Assembly (NCBI GenBank): GCA_040766655.1
Contig: JAXGQB010000014.1
Coordinates: forward strand, 10,955-74,954
From: Anaerolineae bacterium
Lineage (GTDB): Bacteria; Chloroflexota; Anaerolineae; CG2-30-64-16
Direction: 5' to 3'
DNA: 64,000 nucleotides
The position numbers and the translations under genes are program-made. The notes under the pieces were generated by a model that saw nothing but the letters and a program-made list of their open reading frames with translations, did not search any database and was not told where the DNA came from. Numbering within the stretch: position 1 is the stretch's first letter; every line of letters starts with the position of its first letter. This document shows, one piece after another, positions 54,264 to 63,971 of this stretch.

Positions 54264-54353
54264 GGCATCCATGATATCACATTCGCCCTGAGTGTCCTCA
54301 CTGTAGGCCAGCCTCTTTCAAATCGGCGGACCGCACCTTATAATGCCGGTGTC

Positions 54354-55664
54354 ATGGAGTTAGAATTGAAGGCCAGGGGACAGCCAATTGCCACCCACCG
54401 TGTACGGCGCACGTCGGTGCGGGCGATCGTCGCGCGCGCGGTGCTGCTCGCCCTGATCGTGATCGGCGTGCCGAGCGACGGTCACCTGGGCACGGCCAGA
54501 CTCGCCCGGATCGCGCATCAGGCTGTCAGCGGCAAACGATTCGACCTCGTGTCTTGGGAGATCCAGGCGATCGGACAGAAAGTACGCGACGGCGTGCAGA
54601 AGCCGGGCTCCGACCTCTCCCCTGATGCGCAACGCGAGCTGGTCGTCGCCTACATGGACGGCATCAATCGTCTGAACGCGCTCACGAGGGAGATCGAGGC
54701 CGCGGCAGCCGGCGTGGAGCGCACGGGCGCTGCGCGCGGTGTGGCCGAACTCCAGGCCGAACTCGATGACCTGCGCGTGCTTCAGGCGGACCGGCGTCCG
54801 GCCGTGGAGTGGATCATCGAGCGTCAGGTGAGCACCGTCCTTGAGGAGTTGGGCTTCTCGACCGCCGGCATGGTCGTCCCACCCGTATCCTTCCAGTTCA
54901 CCGAAAGCCCGAACTACCTGATCGTCTCCCCGCGTGATCGCATCCGGGTGGAAAGAGGCATCCACCTGGACCCGACCCTGTCGATCGAGGAGATGGAGGA
55001 GATCGAGGCGGAGGTTTCCGTGCGATCCGATCGCAGCACGATCATCGAGGGCACCGGCGGATTCTCCTCCTATCCGACGATGGTGCTCGAATACGGCGTG
55101 CTGCGCTGGGGAATCGATACGGTCGCACACGAGTGGGCCCACCTCTACCTCTTCCCCCGGCCCCTCGGCTGGAACTACGATGCGAGCGGCGACATGCGCA
55201 CGATCAACGAGACGGTCGCCTCGATGTTCGGCGAAGAAGTCAGCCGGCTGGTCATGGAGCGCTACTACCCCGACCTGCTGTCGCCGGCCCCCTGGCCGCG
55301 GCCGCTCTCCAAACAGGAGGACTGGCTCAGCCCAGCGCGCGTCGAAACGAGCTTCGAGTTCGGCGCCTTCATGCGCGAGACGCGGCTGGAGGTCGATCGC
55401 CTGCTGGCTGCGGGCCAGATCGAGGCCGCTGAGGCGTACATGGAGGCGCGCCGCGGCCTGCTCGTCGAGCGCGGATACTCGATCCGCAAGCTAAATCAGG
55501 CCTATTTCGCGTTTCACGGATCGTATGCGGTCGGCACAAGCGCCACCGATCCCATCGGTGGCAAGCTCCGAGCGCTGCGTCTTCGCACGGACACCCTTGC
55601 CACCTTCATGCAGATCGTCGCCCGATTCGACGCGCCGGCCGACCTGGATGCCGTGCTCGGGTAG
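54354..55664 (+). CDS. Conserved hypothetical membrane-anchored protein with an HExxH zinc-peptidase motif
   Basis: N-terminal hydrophobic segment; TVAHEWAH ... INETVA; IRKLNQAYFAFHGSY. Confidence 0.65.
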   Translation: MELELKARGQPIATHRVRRTSVRAIVARAVLLALIVIGVPSDGHLGTARLARIAHQAVSGKRFDLVSWEIQAIGQKVRDGVQKPGSDLSPDAQRELVVAYMDGINRLNALTREIEAAAAGVERTGAARGVAELQAELDDLRVLQADRRPAVEWIIERQVSTVLEELGFSTAGMVVPPVSFQFTESPNYLIVSPRDRIRVERGIHLDPTLSIEEMEEIEAEVSVRSDRSTIIEGTGGFSSYPTMVLEYGVLRWGIDTVAHEWAHLYLFPRPLGWNYDASGDMRTINETVASMFGEEVSRLVMERYYPDLLSPAPWPRPLSKQEDWLSPARVETSFEFGAFMRETRLEVDRLLAAGQIEAAEAYMEARRGLLVERGYSIRKLNQAYFAFHGSYAVGTSATDPIGGKLRALRLRTDTLATFMQIVARFDAPADLDAVLG

Positions 55665-55669
55665 CGCGA

Positions 55670-56482
55670 TCACTCGACCAGTGCATCGCCCAGGAACGTA
55701 ACGATCAGGACGGTCAGGGTGATGGCCAACCCGGGGACGAAGCTGGCCCAGGGCGCGCTGGCGATGTACCCTCGCCCCTCATAGAGCATCAAGCCCCACT
55801 CGGCCTGCGGCGGCGCCGCGCCCAGCCCGAGGTAACCCAAGGCAGCCACGCTGATGATCGCACGGCCCAGGTCGATGGTCGCGAGGGCCAGGACCGGCCG
55901 GATGATGTTGCGGATGATGTGATGCGTCAGGATGCGCAGGGGACCCACGCCGACCGCGCGGGCGGCATCGACGAAGGCCGAGCGCTGCAGCGACAGCGTC
56001 AACGCGCGGACGAGGCGCCCATAGCCCGGCACGCTTGCCACGCCGACCGCAACCGCGAGCGCCGGCAGCCCCGGACCCAGCACCGCTACGACCAACAACG
56101 CCAGCAATAAGGTCGGAAAAGCCAGCATCAAGTCAAAGGCGCCGACCCAAAACTGGCCGGGCCAGCCCTGCATCGAGCCGGCCAGAAGGCCTGCGATGCC
56201 CCCCAAGACGACCGCAAACACGACCGCTGCAGCAGCCACGGCCAGCGTCGCGCGTCCTCCGTGTAGCAGCCGGCTCACCATGTCCCTCCCGTAGAAGTCC
56301 GTCCCCAGGGGATGCAGGGAGGAAGGTGGATCGAGCTGCTTCGACAGGTCGGTCAGGTTCGGCGCTTGGGTCGGAAGCAGCGGGGCCAGAAGCACGATGG
56401 CGAGCAGGACGAGACTGCACGCCAGCAAGACCAGCGTCCTGCGGCGAAAGCGCGGCCGGGTGCCCTGCACAGCAGCCATCAT
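55670..56482 (-). CDS. Peptide/nickel ABC transporter permease (DppC/OppC-like)
   Basis: HPLGTDFYGRD, FVDAARAVG (EAA loop), LGYLGLG..PP..EWG; ATGA overlap with the upstream gene. Confidence 0.93.
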   Translation of the reverse strand: MMAAVQGTRPRFRRRTLVLLACSLVLLAIVLLAPLLPTQAPNLTDLSKQLDPPSSLHPLGTDFYGRDMVSRLLHGGRATLAVAAAAVVFAVVLGGIAGLLAGSMQGWPGQFWVGAFDLMLAFPTLLLALLVVAVLGPGLPALAVAVGVASVPGYGRLVRALTLSLQRSAFVDAARAVGVGPLRILTHHIIRNIIRPVLALATIDLGRAIISVAALGYLGLGAAPPQAEWGLMLYEGRGYIASAPWASFVPGLAITLTVLIVTFLGDALVE

Positions 56483-57420
56483 TGCCACCCTACGCGCGGA
56501 TCGAGCCACCCCACAAGGAGGTCAACGACCAGGTTCAACAGGACGTAGGTGAAAGCGATGGCCAGCGCGACCCCTTGAACGAGGGGCAGATCGCGCCAGA
56601 GGATGCCGTCGACGAGGAGTCGCCCCAACCCCGGGCGGTTGAAGACCGTCTCCGTGACCACCGCGCCGCCCAGGAGGAACCCCAGCTGAAGCCCGGCCAC
56701 CGTCACGACCGGGATCGCGGCATTGCGCGCGGCGTGCTGCCACAACACCGCGCGCTCGCTCAGCCCCTTCGCGTGCGCGGCCGCAATGTAGGGCTGAGAC
56801 AGAACCTCCAGAAGGCTCGCGCGCGTCAGGCGTGCGATCGGCCCGGCTGCGGCATGTCCGAGCACGAGCCCCGGCAAAATGACGCTGAGCGGCGACCCGC
56901 TGGCCGGCGGCAGCCATCCCAGGACAACGCTCAACAGCCAGATCATGAGCAGGCCGGACCAGAACACGGGCACGGCCGTGCCCGTCACAGCGGCGCCCGT
57001 CGTGAGCCAATCGAGCCACCGTCGGCGGCTGTACGCAGCGATCGCCCCGAGCGAGACGCCTAGGGCGACGGCCCAGGCAAAGGAGAACGAGGCGAGCAGA
57101 GCCGTCGCGCGCCACTGTTCGCCGATCAGTTCCAGGACCGGCCGGTCGGTGAGGAGGCTGCGTCCCAGGTCCCCCCGGGCCACGCCTCCAAGCCAGTCGC
57201 CGTACTGGACCAAAAGCGGGCGATCCAGTCCCAGCTCCGCGCGCAGCGCAGCGATCGACTCCGGCGCCGCGCCCGCCTGGGCAAGCATCGTGGCAGCAGG
57301 ATCACCCGGCAGCAGCCGCACGAGCGAAAACACCACGGTCGCGACGCCGAGCAGCGTGAGCACAGCGACCAACAGGCGCCGCCGCAGCAGGACCAGGTAC
57401 GAACCCGAAGATTGGTTCAT
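56479..57420 (-). CDS. Peptide/nickel ABC transporter permease (DppB/OppB-like)
   Basis: LPGDPA, LGLDRP..QY, GDLGRS, AKGLSE, ETVFNRPGLG, RDLPLVQG, LDPR. Confidence 0.94.
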   Translation of the reverse strand: MNQSSGSYLVLLRRRLLVAVLTLLGVATVVFSLVRLLPGDPAATMLAQAGAAPESIAALRAELGLDRPLLVQYGDWLGGVARGDLGRSLLTDRPVLELIGEQWRATALLASFSFAWAVALGVSLGAIAAYSRRRWLDWLTTGAAVTGTAVPVFWSGLLMIWLLSVVLGWLPPASGSPLSVILPGLVLGHAAAGPIARLTRASLLEVLSQPYIAAAHAKGLSERAVLWQHAARNAAIPVVTVAGLQLGFLLGGAVVTETVFNRPGLGRLLVDGILWRDLPLVQGVALAIAFTYVLLNLVVDLLVGWLDPRVGWQ

Positions 57421-57536
57421 GGGGAGGATTATAGCTGTGGGAGGCGCGGAATGCGAATCACCTGATCGGGTGGCACCGCGCCACGAAAGCAGGCGGCCGG
57501 CTGTGAGCCGGCCGCCCCCACGTTGCCTGGGCAGGC

Positions 57537-59180
57537 CTATTCGCTCAACCAGACGTCATACAGGACGGGGTTCCAGCCCTGGACATCGTAGCGCAGGCCC
57601 TGCACGCGCGTCGATGCGGCGTTGAGGTTGACCGAGTCGCGGATGGGCAGGACCCACGCCTGCTCCATTGCGCGTCGCTGTACGTCCAGGTAGAGCGAGC
57701 CCCGAATCGCGGGATCCGCAGCCGCGTGCGCTGTGTCGAGCGCCTCGTTCACTGCCGGCTCGTCGACGCGCGACCAGTTGAACGCACCGATATTGTCGCC
57801 ATGGAAGAACGTCCGCAGCAAGCTGGGGTCCGTGCCCGCGTTGCTGAACGGTACGAGGTGGTGCGTCCCCGCGCGGCCGGCCTCTAGCGCGGCGGGATAA
57901 GACATCTGCTCCAGGTCCAACTGCACCCCTGCCTCGCGCCACTGCGATTGGAGGATGGTGCCGATCGATGGCAGCTCGCCCCAGCTCATCAGGACGCCCT
58001 TCAGGACCAATGGTCGGCCCCCCTTATCCAGGATGCCATCGCCATCTGTGTCGCTCCAGCCGGCATCCGCGAGAAGGGCTTGGCCCTTGGCCCGATCGAA
58101 GGGGTAGACTGCGACGCTCTCGACCGGCCCCAGCGCCCACCGTGTCGCCGCAGTCAGCGGTCCGGTCGCCACGGGCGAGAACTCCCCGAAGACGGCCTTG
58201 ACCAACTCGGCCCGCCCGGACAGGTAGAGGAGCGCCTGCCGCACCCGGAGGTCGTCCAACGGCGCCAGCGACGTGTTCATGAAGAACTGCACCGACTGGC
58301 CGGGAAGCGCGACGGGATGAAGGCGGAACCGCTGTGAATTGGATCCCGTCTCCAGCTGCTGGGCATCCCGAGTGGGCAGCTCGCCCATCACGTCCGCCTG
58401 TCCGGCAAGAAGCGCCGGCAGCCGCGTGGCTGCATCCGCGTAGAAGCGGAACTCCACCCGGTCCAGGTACGCCGCGCCGGCATGTCCCCGCAGGACCGGC
58501 GCCCAGTTGTAGTCCGGGTTGCGCTCCAGGATCAGCGTCTGGCGCTCCTGGTAGGAGACGAACCTGAACGGCCCCGTGCCCACCTGGTGCAGCTGATACT
58601 GATCGCCCCACTGCGCGAGCGCGGCCGGTGACGCGATGCCGAGATAGACCTGGCTGAGCCCATCCAACAGCGGCGCAAAAGGCTCGGTCAGCCGGATGCG
58701 GATGGTGAACGCATCGGGTTGCTCCGTCCCCTCGTACGGTCCGAGCAGATAGACGGCCTTCTGGGACTTGGTTGCAGGATCGGCGATCTTGGCAAGCGTC
58801 GCGGCAACTGCTGCCGCGTTGAACGGTGTGCCGTCGTGAAAACGGACGTCCTTGCGGAGGTAGAAGGTGTAGGTCCTGTTGTCTGGGCTGATCTCCCACC
58901 GCTCCGCCAGAGACGGATGAAATGCGCCGGCCTCGTCCTGGACGACCAACGTGTCATAGACGTTGCTGAGCGCAATGCCCAGCTCGGAGCTGGCATGAAT
59001 ATGAGGGTCGATCCCTGACACCGGCAGGGTCAGTCCATAGCGCAGGACGCCGCCGGGCCGCGGCGTCGCCGTCCCCGGCGCGAGCGGGGGCGCGCCAGAG
59101 GGCAACGGCTGGCAGGCCACCAGCACCACCATTACCACGGGCCACAGCAACATCCGAACGGTTCGCCAGTTCAGCTTCAT
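57537..59180 (-). CDS. ABC transporter substrate-binding lipoprotein, family 5
   Basis: Lipobox LVAC, PSLAERWEIS, YTFYLRKDVRFHDGTPFNA, GTGPF, VRQAL. Confidence 0.94.
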   Translation of the reverse strand: MKLNWRTVRMLLWPVVMVVLVACQPLPSGAPPLAPGTATPRPGGVLRYGLTLPVSGIDPHIHASSELGIALSNVYDTLVVQDEAGAFHPSLAERWEISPDNRTYTFYLRKDVRFHDGTPFNAAAVAATLAKIADPATKSQKAVYLLGPYEGTEQPDAFTIRIRLTEPFAPLLDGLSQVYLGIASPAALAQWGDQYQLHQVGTGPFRFVSYQERQTLILERNPDYNWAPVLRGHAGAAYLDRVEFRFYADAATRLPALLAGQADVMGELPTRDAQQLETGSNSQRFRLHPVALPGQSVQFFMNTSLAPLDDLRVRQALLYLSGRAELVKAVFGEFSPVATGPLTAATRWALGPVESVAVYPFDRAKGQALLADAGWSDTDGDGILDKGGRPLVLKGVLMSWGELPSIGTILQSQWREAGVQLDLEQMSYPAALEAGRAGTHHLVPFSNAGTDPSLLRTFFHGDNIGAFNWSRVDEPAVNEALDTAHAAADPAIRGSLYLDVQRRAMEQAWVLPIRDSVNLNAASTRVQGLRYDVQGWNPVLYDVWLSE

Positions 59181-59199
59181 CTCCCACCACCTGCCTGTT

Positions 59200-59228
59200 T
59201 TGGCATATCACAGCTGATTACATATACT
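59200..59228 (+). promoter_or_regulatory. Promoter directly abutting a GTG start (leaderless candidate)
   Basis: TTGGCA-17-TATACT, then 6 nt to GTG 59235; no SD. Confidence 0.7.
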
Positions 59229-59234
59229 TACACC

Positions 59235-60323
59235 GTGCATAAACGACGTGAATTGATCGCCCTGGCAGCAGTAGCGCTGCTGCTCCTGATCGCATCGCCT
59301 CTCATTCAAACAACACCCGTTCGCGCCAGTGGCCCTGGCGGCCACGGCTGTGCCCCCGGCAACCTGATCCCCAACTGCGGCATGGATCAATTCGTCTCCG
59401 TGCCGCAAGGACAGGCGCCCGCCGGCTGGACGCCGTTCGTCCTCTCCGGAGGATTCGCCATCGATCCCAGCATCGACACATACTGGGGGGCTCCCAGCGT
59501 CCGGATGTGGTCCGATGGCGGCACCTTTGTTGGGGGTATTCTAACACAGGTGGGCGGTCTCACGCCGGGGGCAACCTATCGCGCGTCCGTTGGGTGGGGC
59601 GCACCGACGGAGCCCGATGCGTTCGGCCGCCGTCTCGGCATCGATCCCACCGGCGGCACGGACCCGAACTCCCCCAGCGTCGTCTGGGGACCCACGCTGC
59701 GCGGGCCGGGCAAGGTGCTGAACGACAGCAATCCGGGCTACCCCAATATCGATGTCTCGGTAGTGGCGCAGGCCTCCACCGTGACCGTCTTCGTCTGGGT
59801 CGATCACAACTACTCGACGGGTGCGAACCAGATCTTCATCGACGCCGTGGGCCTCTACCAGGACGCTGCAGCGCCGGTCGTCGTGTTCACCGATACCCCA
59901 CAGCCGGCGCCTCTCGCGGCCCCGCAGCGCGCTGCACCCGTGGCGCCTCCCGTCCCGACGTCGCTCCCACCAACTGCCACGGCGACGCTGCTGCCTCCGA
60001 CGGCCACCGACACGCCCGCGCCGACATTCACGCCCACGCAGACAGCAACTGCGACCATCACGCCGACCCCCACAGCGACTGCCACTGCCACGGTGACGCC
60101 GACTTCGACACTGCCGCCTCGCCCGCGCGCCACTGTCTCGCGCGCGGGAGCCTCACTTCAGGCGGTGGTGGTCGATCCAGAACCGAAATCGAGGTCAGGC
60201 CTGCTTGCCGGCGGCATCGGAGCGCTCTCCGGCTCCGCGGTGCTGAGCCTCGGGCTGCTGCTGCGACGCACCAGGCGTTCGCCGGGCAGATCCGAGTTCC
60301 CGCAGCACCAGGACCACGCCTGA
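59235..60323 (+). CDS. Exported protein: jelly-roll/CBM-like domain, PT-rich stalk, C-terminal TM anchor with a basic tail
   Basis: Signal peptide; NLIPNCG...GIDPTGGTDP..VVW...FIDAV; long PT repeats; hydrophobic segment followed by RRTRR. Confidence 0.7.
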   Translation: MHKRRELIALAAVALLLLIASPLIQTTPVRASGPGGHGCAPGNLIPNCGMDQFVSVPQGQAPAGWTPFVLSGGFAIDPSIDTYWGAPSVRMWSDGGTFVGGILTQVGGLTPGATYRASVGWGAPTEPDAFGRRLGIDPTGGTDPNSPSVVWGPTLRGPGKVLNDSNPGYPNIDVSVVAQASTVTVFVWVDHNYSTGANQIFIDAVGLYQDAAAPVVVFTDTPQPAPLAAPQRAAPVAPPVPTSLPPTATATLLPPTATDTPAPTFTPTQTATATITPTPTATATATVTPTSTLPPRPRATVSRAGASLQAVVVDPEPKSRSGLLAGGIGALSGSAVLSLGLLLRRTRRSPGRSEFPQHQDHA

Positions 60324-60324
60324 T

Positions 60325-61245
60325 TCAGTCGTCTTCTCGCGCATTGAGGTCACCCGCCGGGGCCCCGGCCGCATTCCGCGCCGCCTCCCGCTCTGCCGCC
60401 TCCCGTTCCGCCATCGCCTGCTTCGCCATGTACGTACGCCGTCGCTTGTCCGGCATCCACGTCAGCGACTCGTCGCCGGCCTCGATCTTGCGCGCGAAGA
60501 CCAGGAACGCGCTGTGTGCGATCATCCGATCGTCCGGGCGGAGCCGGGCCGGCGTCAGCTTCCACGAGCGCAGGAAGATCTCCTCCATGGCGATGTCGCC
60601 AAACGGATGTGCCTGCAGGCCCGAGAGGAGTTCGACGGCCTGGTTGACGGTTGGGACGAGCGCGCCGAAGAACCCGCTGCCCTTCAAGGCCGTCCAGGCG
60701 TGATCCAGGAAGTGCTGTGGCTCACGCAGGTCCAGGAACACCGCGTCGACGTCCCGCTCGTGAAAACCACCCGCGATGTCCTCGTTGTACAGGGTCACGT
60801 GCGGCAACAATCCGAGGTCATCGAGGTTGCCACGCGCCATGTCGTACGACTCGGCACGCGTCTCGTAGCTGTAGACGTGGCCCGTCGGCATCACCGCTCG
60901 TGCCAGCACCAACGTCAGGCCGCCGCTGCCCGTGCCCGCCTCGATGATCGTACGACCCGGATACAGGCTCAGACGCAGCGCGATCTGTGCGGCGTCTTTC
61001 GCGTAGATGATCTGGGTGCTGCGCGGCAGTTGGTGGATCAGGTCGTGCGTGGAGGGTTCGAGCACGAGATAGGGAGCGCCACTGTGGGTGTGGATCGTGC
61101 GCCCCAGCGGCTTGCCGAGAATCTCGGAATGTAGGATGTTGCCCTTGTGGGAAGACCACATCTCCCCCGACTTCAGCCGGACGAGATAGTGCTTACGATC
61201 GGGGCTCACAACCAGGACAACGTCGCCTTCGCGGGCTAAGGGCAT
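60325..61245 (-). CDS. trmI: tRNA (adenine(58)-N1)-methyltransferase
   Basis: R.TQIIYAKD, IEAGTGSGGLT, VYSYE.R, AVFLDLREP, VPTVNQ, RP.DRMIAHSAF. Confidence 0.93.
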   Translation of the reverse strand: MPLAREGDVVLVVSPDRKHYLVRLKSGEMWSSHKGNILHSEILGKPLGRTIHTHSGAPYLVLEPSTHDLIHQLPRSTQIIYAKDAAQIALRLSLYPGRTIIEAGTGSGGLTLVLARAVMPTGHVYSYETRAESYDMARGNLDDLGLLPHVTLYNEDIAGGFHERDVDAVFLDLREPQHFLDHAWTALKGSGFFGALVPTVNQAVELLSGLQAHPFGDIAMEEIFLRSWKLTPARLRPDDRMIAHSAFLVFARKIEAGDESLTWMPDKRRRTYMAKQAMAEREAAEREAARNAAGAPAGDLNAREDD

Positions 61246-61276
61246 AAGGTATGTACCGCCTCACCAGGATTGGTCC

Positions 61277-61305
61277 ATTATATCGGGCCGTCCGGAGGGG
61301 TGCAA
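61277..61305 (-). promoter_or_regulatory. trmI promoter
   Basis: TTGCAC-17-TATAAT on the minus strand. Confidence 0.7.
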
Positions 61306-61340
61306 TTATGGCGGTGCCGTCTTCGGTTTTCCACCCGCCG

Positions 61341-61369
61341 TTGACTTTCGCCTTCCCCGCTGCTATAGT
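61341..61369 (+). promoter_or_regulatory. dinB promoter
   Basis: TTGACT-17-TATAGT with an extended TGn motif. Confidence 0.75.
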
Positions 61370-61405
61370 CGCCATCAGCACGGTTCGTTGGATGGTTCGC
61401 CCGAG

Positions 61406-62602
61406 ATGACGACACGCAGCATCATTCACCTGGATCTCGATGCCTTCTTCGTTGCCGTCGAACGCCTGGACAATCCCGCTCTGACCGGAGTGCCGGTGAT
61501 CGTCGGCGGACGGCCGGAGGTGCGCGGGGTCGTGGCATCCGCCTCGTACGAGGCACGCCGTTTCGGCGTCCATTCGGCGATGCCGACGGCCCGGGCACTG
61601 CGCCTGTGCTCCGACGCGGTCGTCGTCAGCGGCCACCGCGGGCGCTACTCCGAGATGTCCGACCGCGTGATGGCGCTGCTGGGTGAATACACGCCGCTCA
61701 TCGAGCCGATTTCCATCGACGAGGCCTTCCTTGACGTGACCGGCACTGAGGCACACTACGGACCGCCCGGCAAGTTGGCCGCAGCCATCCAGGTGCGCGT
61801 TGAAGAGGAACTCAAGCTCTCCGCCTCGTTGGGTGTCGGCACGAACAAGCTGATCGCCAAGATCGCCAGCGACTTCCGTAAGCCGCACGGGATCACGGTC
61901 GTAGAACCGGGAACAGAGGCCGCATTCCTGGCGCCCATGCCCATCCGCAAGCTCTGGGGCGTGGGCCAGGTAATGGAGCGCAGGCTGGCTGAGCTGGGCA
62001 TCACCACCATCGGCGATCTGGCCAGGCTCCCCTGCGACGAATTGGTGCGCCGCTTTGGCCTCGCGAGCGGTGAGGGGCTCTTCCGCGCCAGCCACGGCAT
62101 CGACGAGAGCGTGGTCACCCCGGAACACGAAGCCAAGTCGCTCAGCCGCGAGGAGACGTTCGCGCGCGACGTGCGCGACGAAGCCATCCTCCGCCGGGAG
62201 TTGCTGCGCCTCAGCGACGAGGTTGCCTGGCGCCTGCGCCGCCACCATCTGCGGGCCCGCACCGTCACGCTCAAGCTGCGCTACGCCGACTTCTCCACCC
62301 TGACGAGGCAGACCACGCTAAGCGACCCCACCGACAGCTGCCCCGTCATCGATGCGCACGCCGCGGTCCTGCTCGAACAGGCGTGGGATCGCCGTCCGGT
62401 GCGCCTGATCGGCGTGGGAGGGTCCAACCTGGTGCAGGGGGGCAGGCAGCTGAGTCTCTTCGAGGAGGCCGATGGACGGCAGGGCCAGCTGGAAGCGGCC
62501 CTGGACCACATCCGCGAACGTTACGGCGAGTCAGCGATTCGCCGCGCTTCCCTTCTGTCAGATCCTGAGGAACCCTGGGTCTCGCGCAAGCGGGAGCAGT
62601 GA
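61406..62602 (+). CDS. dinB: DNA polymerase IV
   Basis: HLDLDAFF, ASYEARRFG, SIDEAFLD, KIASDFRKP, LWGVG, QLSLF clamp-binding motif. Confidence 0.97.
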   Translation: MTTRSIIHLDLDAFFVAVERLDNPALTGVPVIVGGRPEVRGVVASASYEARRFGVHSAMPTARALRLCSDAVVVSGHRGRYSEMSDRVMALLGEYTPLIEPISIDEAFLDVTGTEAHYGPPGKLAAAIQVRVEEELKLSASLGVGTNKLIAKIASDFRKPHGITVVEPGTEAAFLAPMPIRKLWGVGQVMERRLAELGITTIGDLARLPCDELVRRFGLASGEGLFRASHGIDESVVTPEHEAKSLSREETFARDVRDEAILRRELLRLSDEVAWRLRRHHLRARTVTLKLRYADFSTLTRQTTLSDPTDSCPVIDAHAAVLLEQAWDRRPVRLIGVGGSNLVQGGRQLSLFEEADGRQGQLEAALDHIRERYGESAIRRASLLSDPEEPWVSRKREQ

Positions 62603-62622
62603 GCCCGCGTGGCGCCGCTCGC

Positions 62623-62664
62623 GCATCACCCGGCCCGCACGCGTCGCGACTGGGCCGGTGATGC
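62623..62664. terminator. Hairpin between convergent dinB and MFS genes
   Basis: gcatcac(c)cggccc / gggccggtgatgc stem. Confidence 0.5.
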
Positions 62665-62697
62665 ACTGGGCGCCAGGTGGGGAGCCCCCTGCGTGCG

Positions 62698-63921
62698 TCA
62701 GCTAGCTGGCTGCTTCGGCCGCACCAACGACATGAACACGATCGCCAGGAGCAGAAATGCCGCGGTGAAGGGCCAGATGATCCGGTGATTGACCAGATCG
62801 ATCAGTCCGCCGGCCAGGATCGGCCCTGTGATCGCTGCCAGCGATGAGGCGAAGTAGTAGAGGCCCGTGTACGCGCCGATGCTCCCGGACTTGGCGAGGT
62901 CATATACCATCGGCAGTGAGTTGATGTTGACCAGCGCCCAGAAGCCGCCCATGATGGCCAGCAGCACCAGGAGGACGGTGGCGTTGTGCACCAGGGTGGC
63001 CAGGACGACGCCGATCAGCATGCCCGTCAGCCCCATGATGATGGTCGGCTTTCGCCCGATCTTCGTCGCGAGCAGCCCCGATGGAATCGAGAAGAGGATC
63101 AGGGTCGCAGCAAAGGCCGTGAGCATCTGCGTGCCGGTTCCGGGCTCGATGCCGAGGATGTTGCGCGCATAGAGCGTGAAGAACGCCTCGGTCGCGTTCC
63201 ACCCGACGAACCAGGAGAAGATGGCCGCGAGAAGGAACAGGCCGCTCCGGTCGCGATCGGTCGCTACACGAATCACATTCTGCCGCAGAGTCGGCTCCGC
63301 CTGCTCGACCGCCTGCGCCTGTTCCACGCTGCCCCCAGCGGTGGAAGGATCCTCGACAAGTGCAATCACGATGATGATGGCGATCAGCATGATGCCCGCG
63401 CCGACGATGAACGGCAAGGGCACGCCGATCTTGTAGAGCGCGCCGCCGCCGAACAGGGCGACCGCCCCGCCCACTCCGCCCATCAGGTTGATGACGCCGT
63501 TGGCCTTGCTCCGCTCGTTCGGCTGGAAGAGATCGCCGAGATAGGCGATGGTCGGCGACCGGAAGATCGCCATGGCCAGGTTCGTGCCGAGAATCGCGAG
63601 CGCGATGAGCACGAAGTTCTCCCGCACGAACGGAACCAGGATGAAGAATACCGCCGCGAGCGGCGCGCCCAGCATCAGCCACGGTTTGCGCCGCCCGAAT
63701 CGGCTATGCGTCCGGTCCGACCGGCTGCCGATCCACGGCTGGAGGAACATGTTGATCAAGTTGTCCCACGTGAGGATGAAGCCTGTTAGCGCCGCGGTCA
63801 GGCCCAGGTCCTCCAACATGGGCGGTATCAGGCTGTTGAAAAGCGGCCAGATGATGCTGATGCCGAAGAACCCAAAACCCAGAATGAAGGTGCGTGCCCA
63901 GGGAAAGGGACGATCAGTCAT
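62698..63921 (-). CDS. MFS transporter (SLC45/sucrose-maltose-like)
   Basis: QPWIGSRSDRTHSRFGRRKP, RSKANGVINLMGG, GAYTGLYY; about 12 TM segments. Confidence 0.9.
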   Translation of the reverse strand: MTDRPFPWARTFILGFGFFGISIIWPLFNSLIPPMLEDLGLTAALTGFILTWDNLINMFLQPWIGSRSDRTHSRFGRRKPWLMLGAPLAAVFFILVPFVRENFVLIALAILGTNLAMAIFRSPTIAYLGDLFQPNERSKANGVINLMGGVGGAVALFGGGALYKIGVPLPFIVGAGIMLIAIIIVIALVEDPSTAGGSVEQAQAVEQAEPTLRQNVIRVATDRDRSGLFLLAAIFSWFVGWNATEAFFTLYARNILGIEPGTGTQMLTAFAATLILFSIPSGLLATKIGRKPTIIMGLTGMLIGVVLATLVHNATVLLVLLAIMGGFWALVNINSLPMVYDLAKSGSIGAYTGLYYFASSLAAITGPILAGGLIDLVNHRIIWPFTAAFLLLAIVFMSLVRPKQPAS

Positions 63922-63971
63922 GAGGACTCCTCTTCATTGATGGAATGGATGGTGACAGGGACTTACGCGCC

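Noticed and set aside
61370-61405. LexA/SOS box upstream of dinB
   Set aside because: The two GTTC words are 8 nt apart and match neither GAAC-N4-GTTC nor GTTC-N7-GTTC
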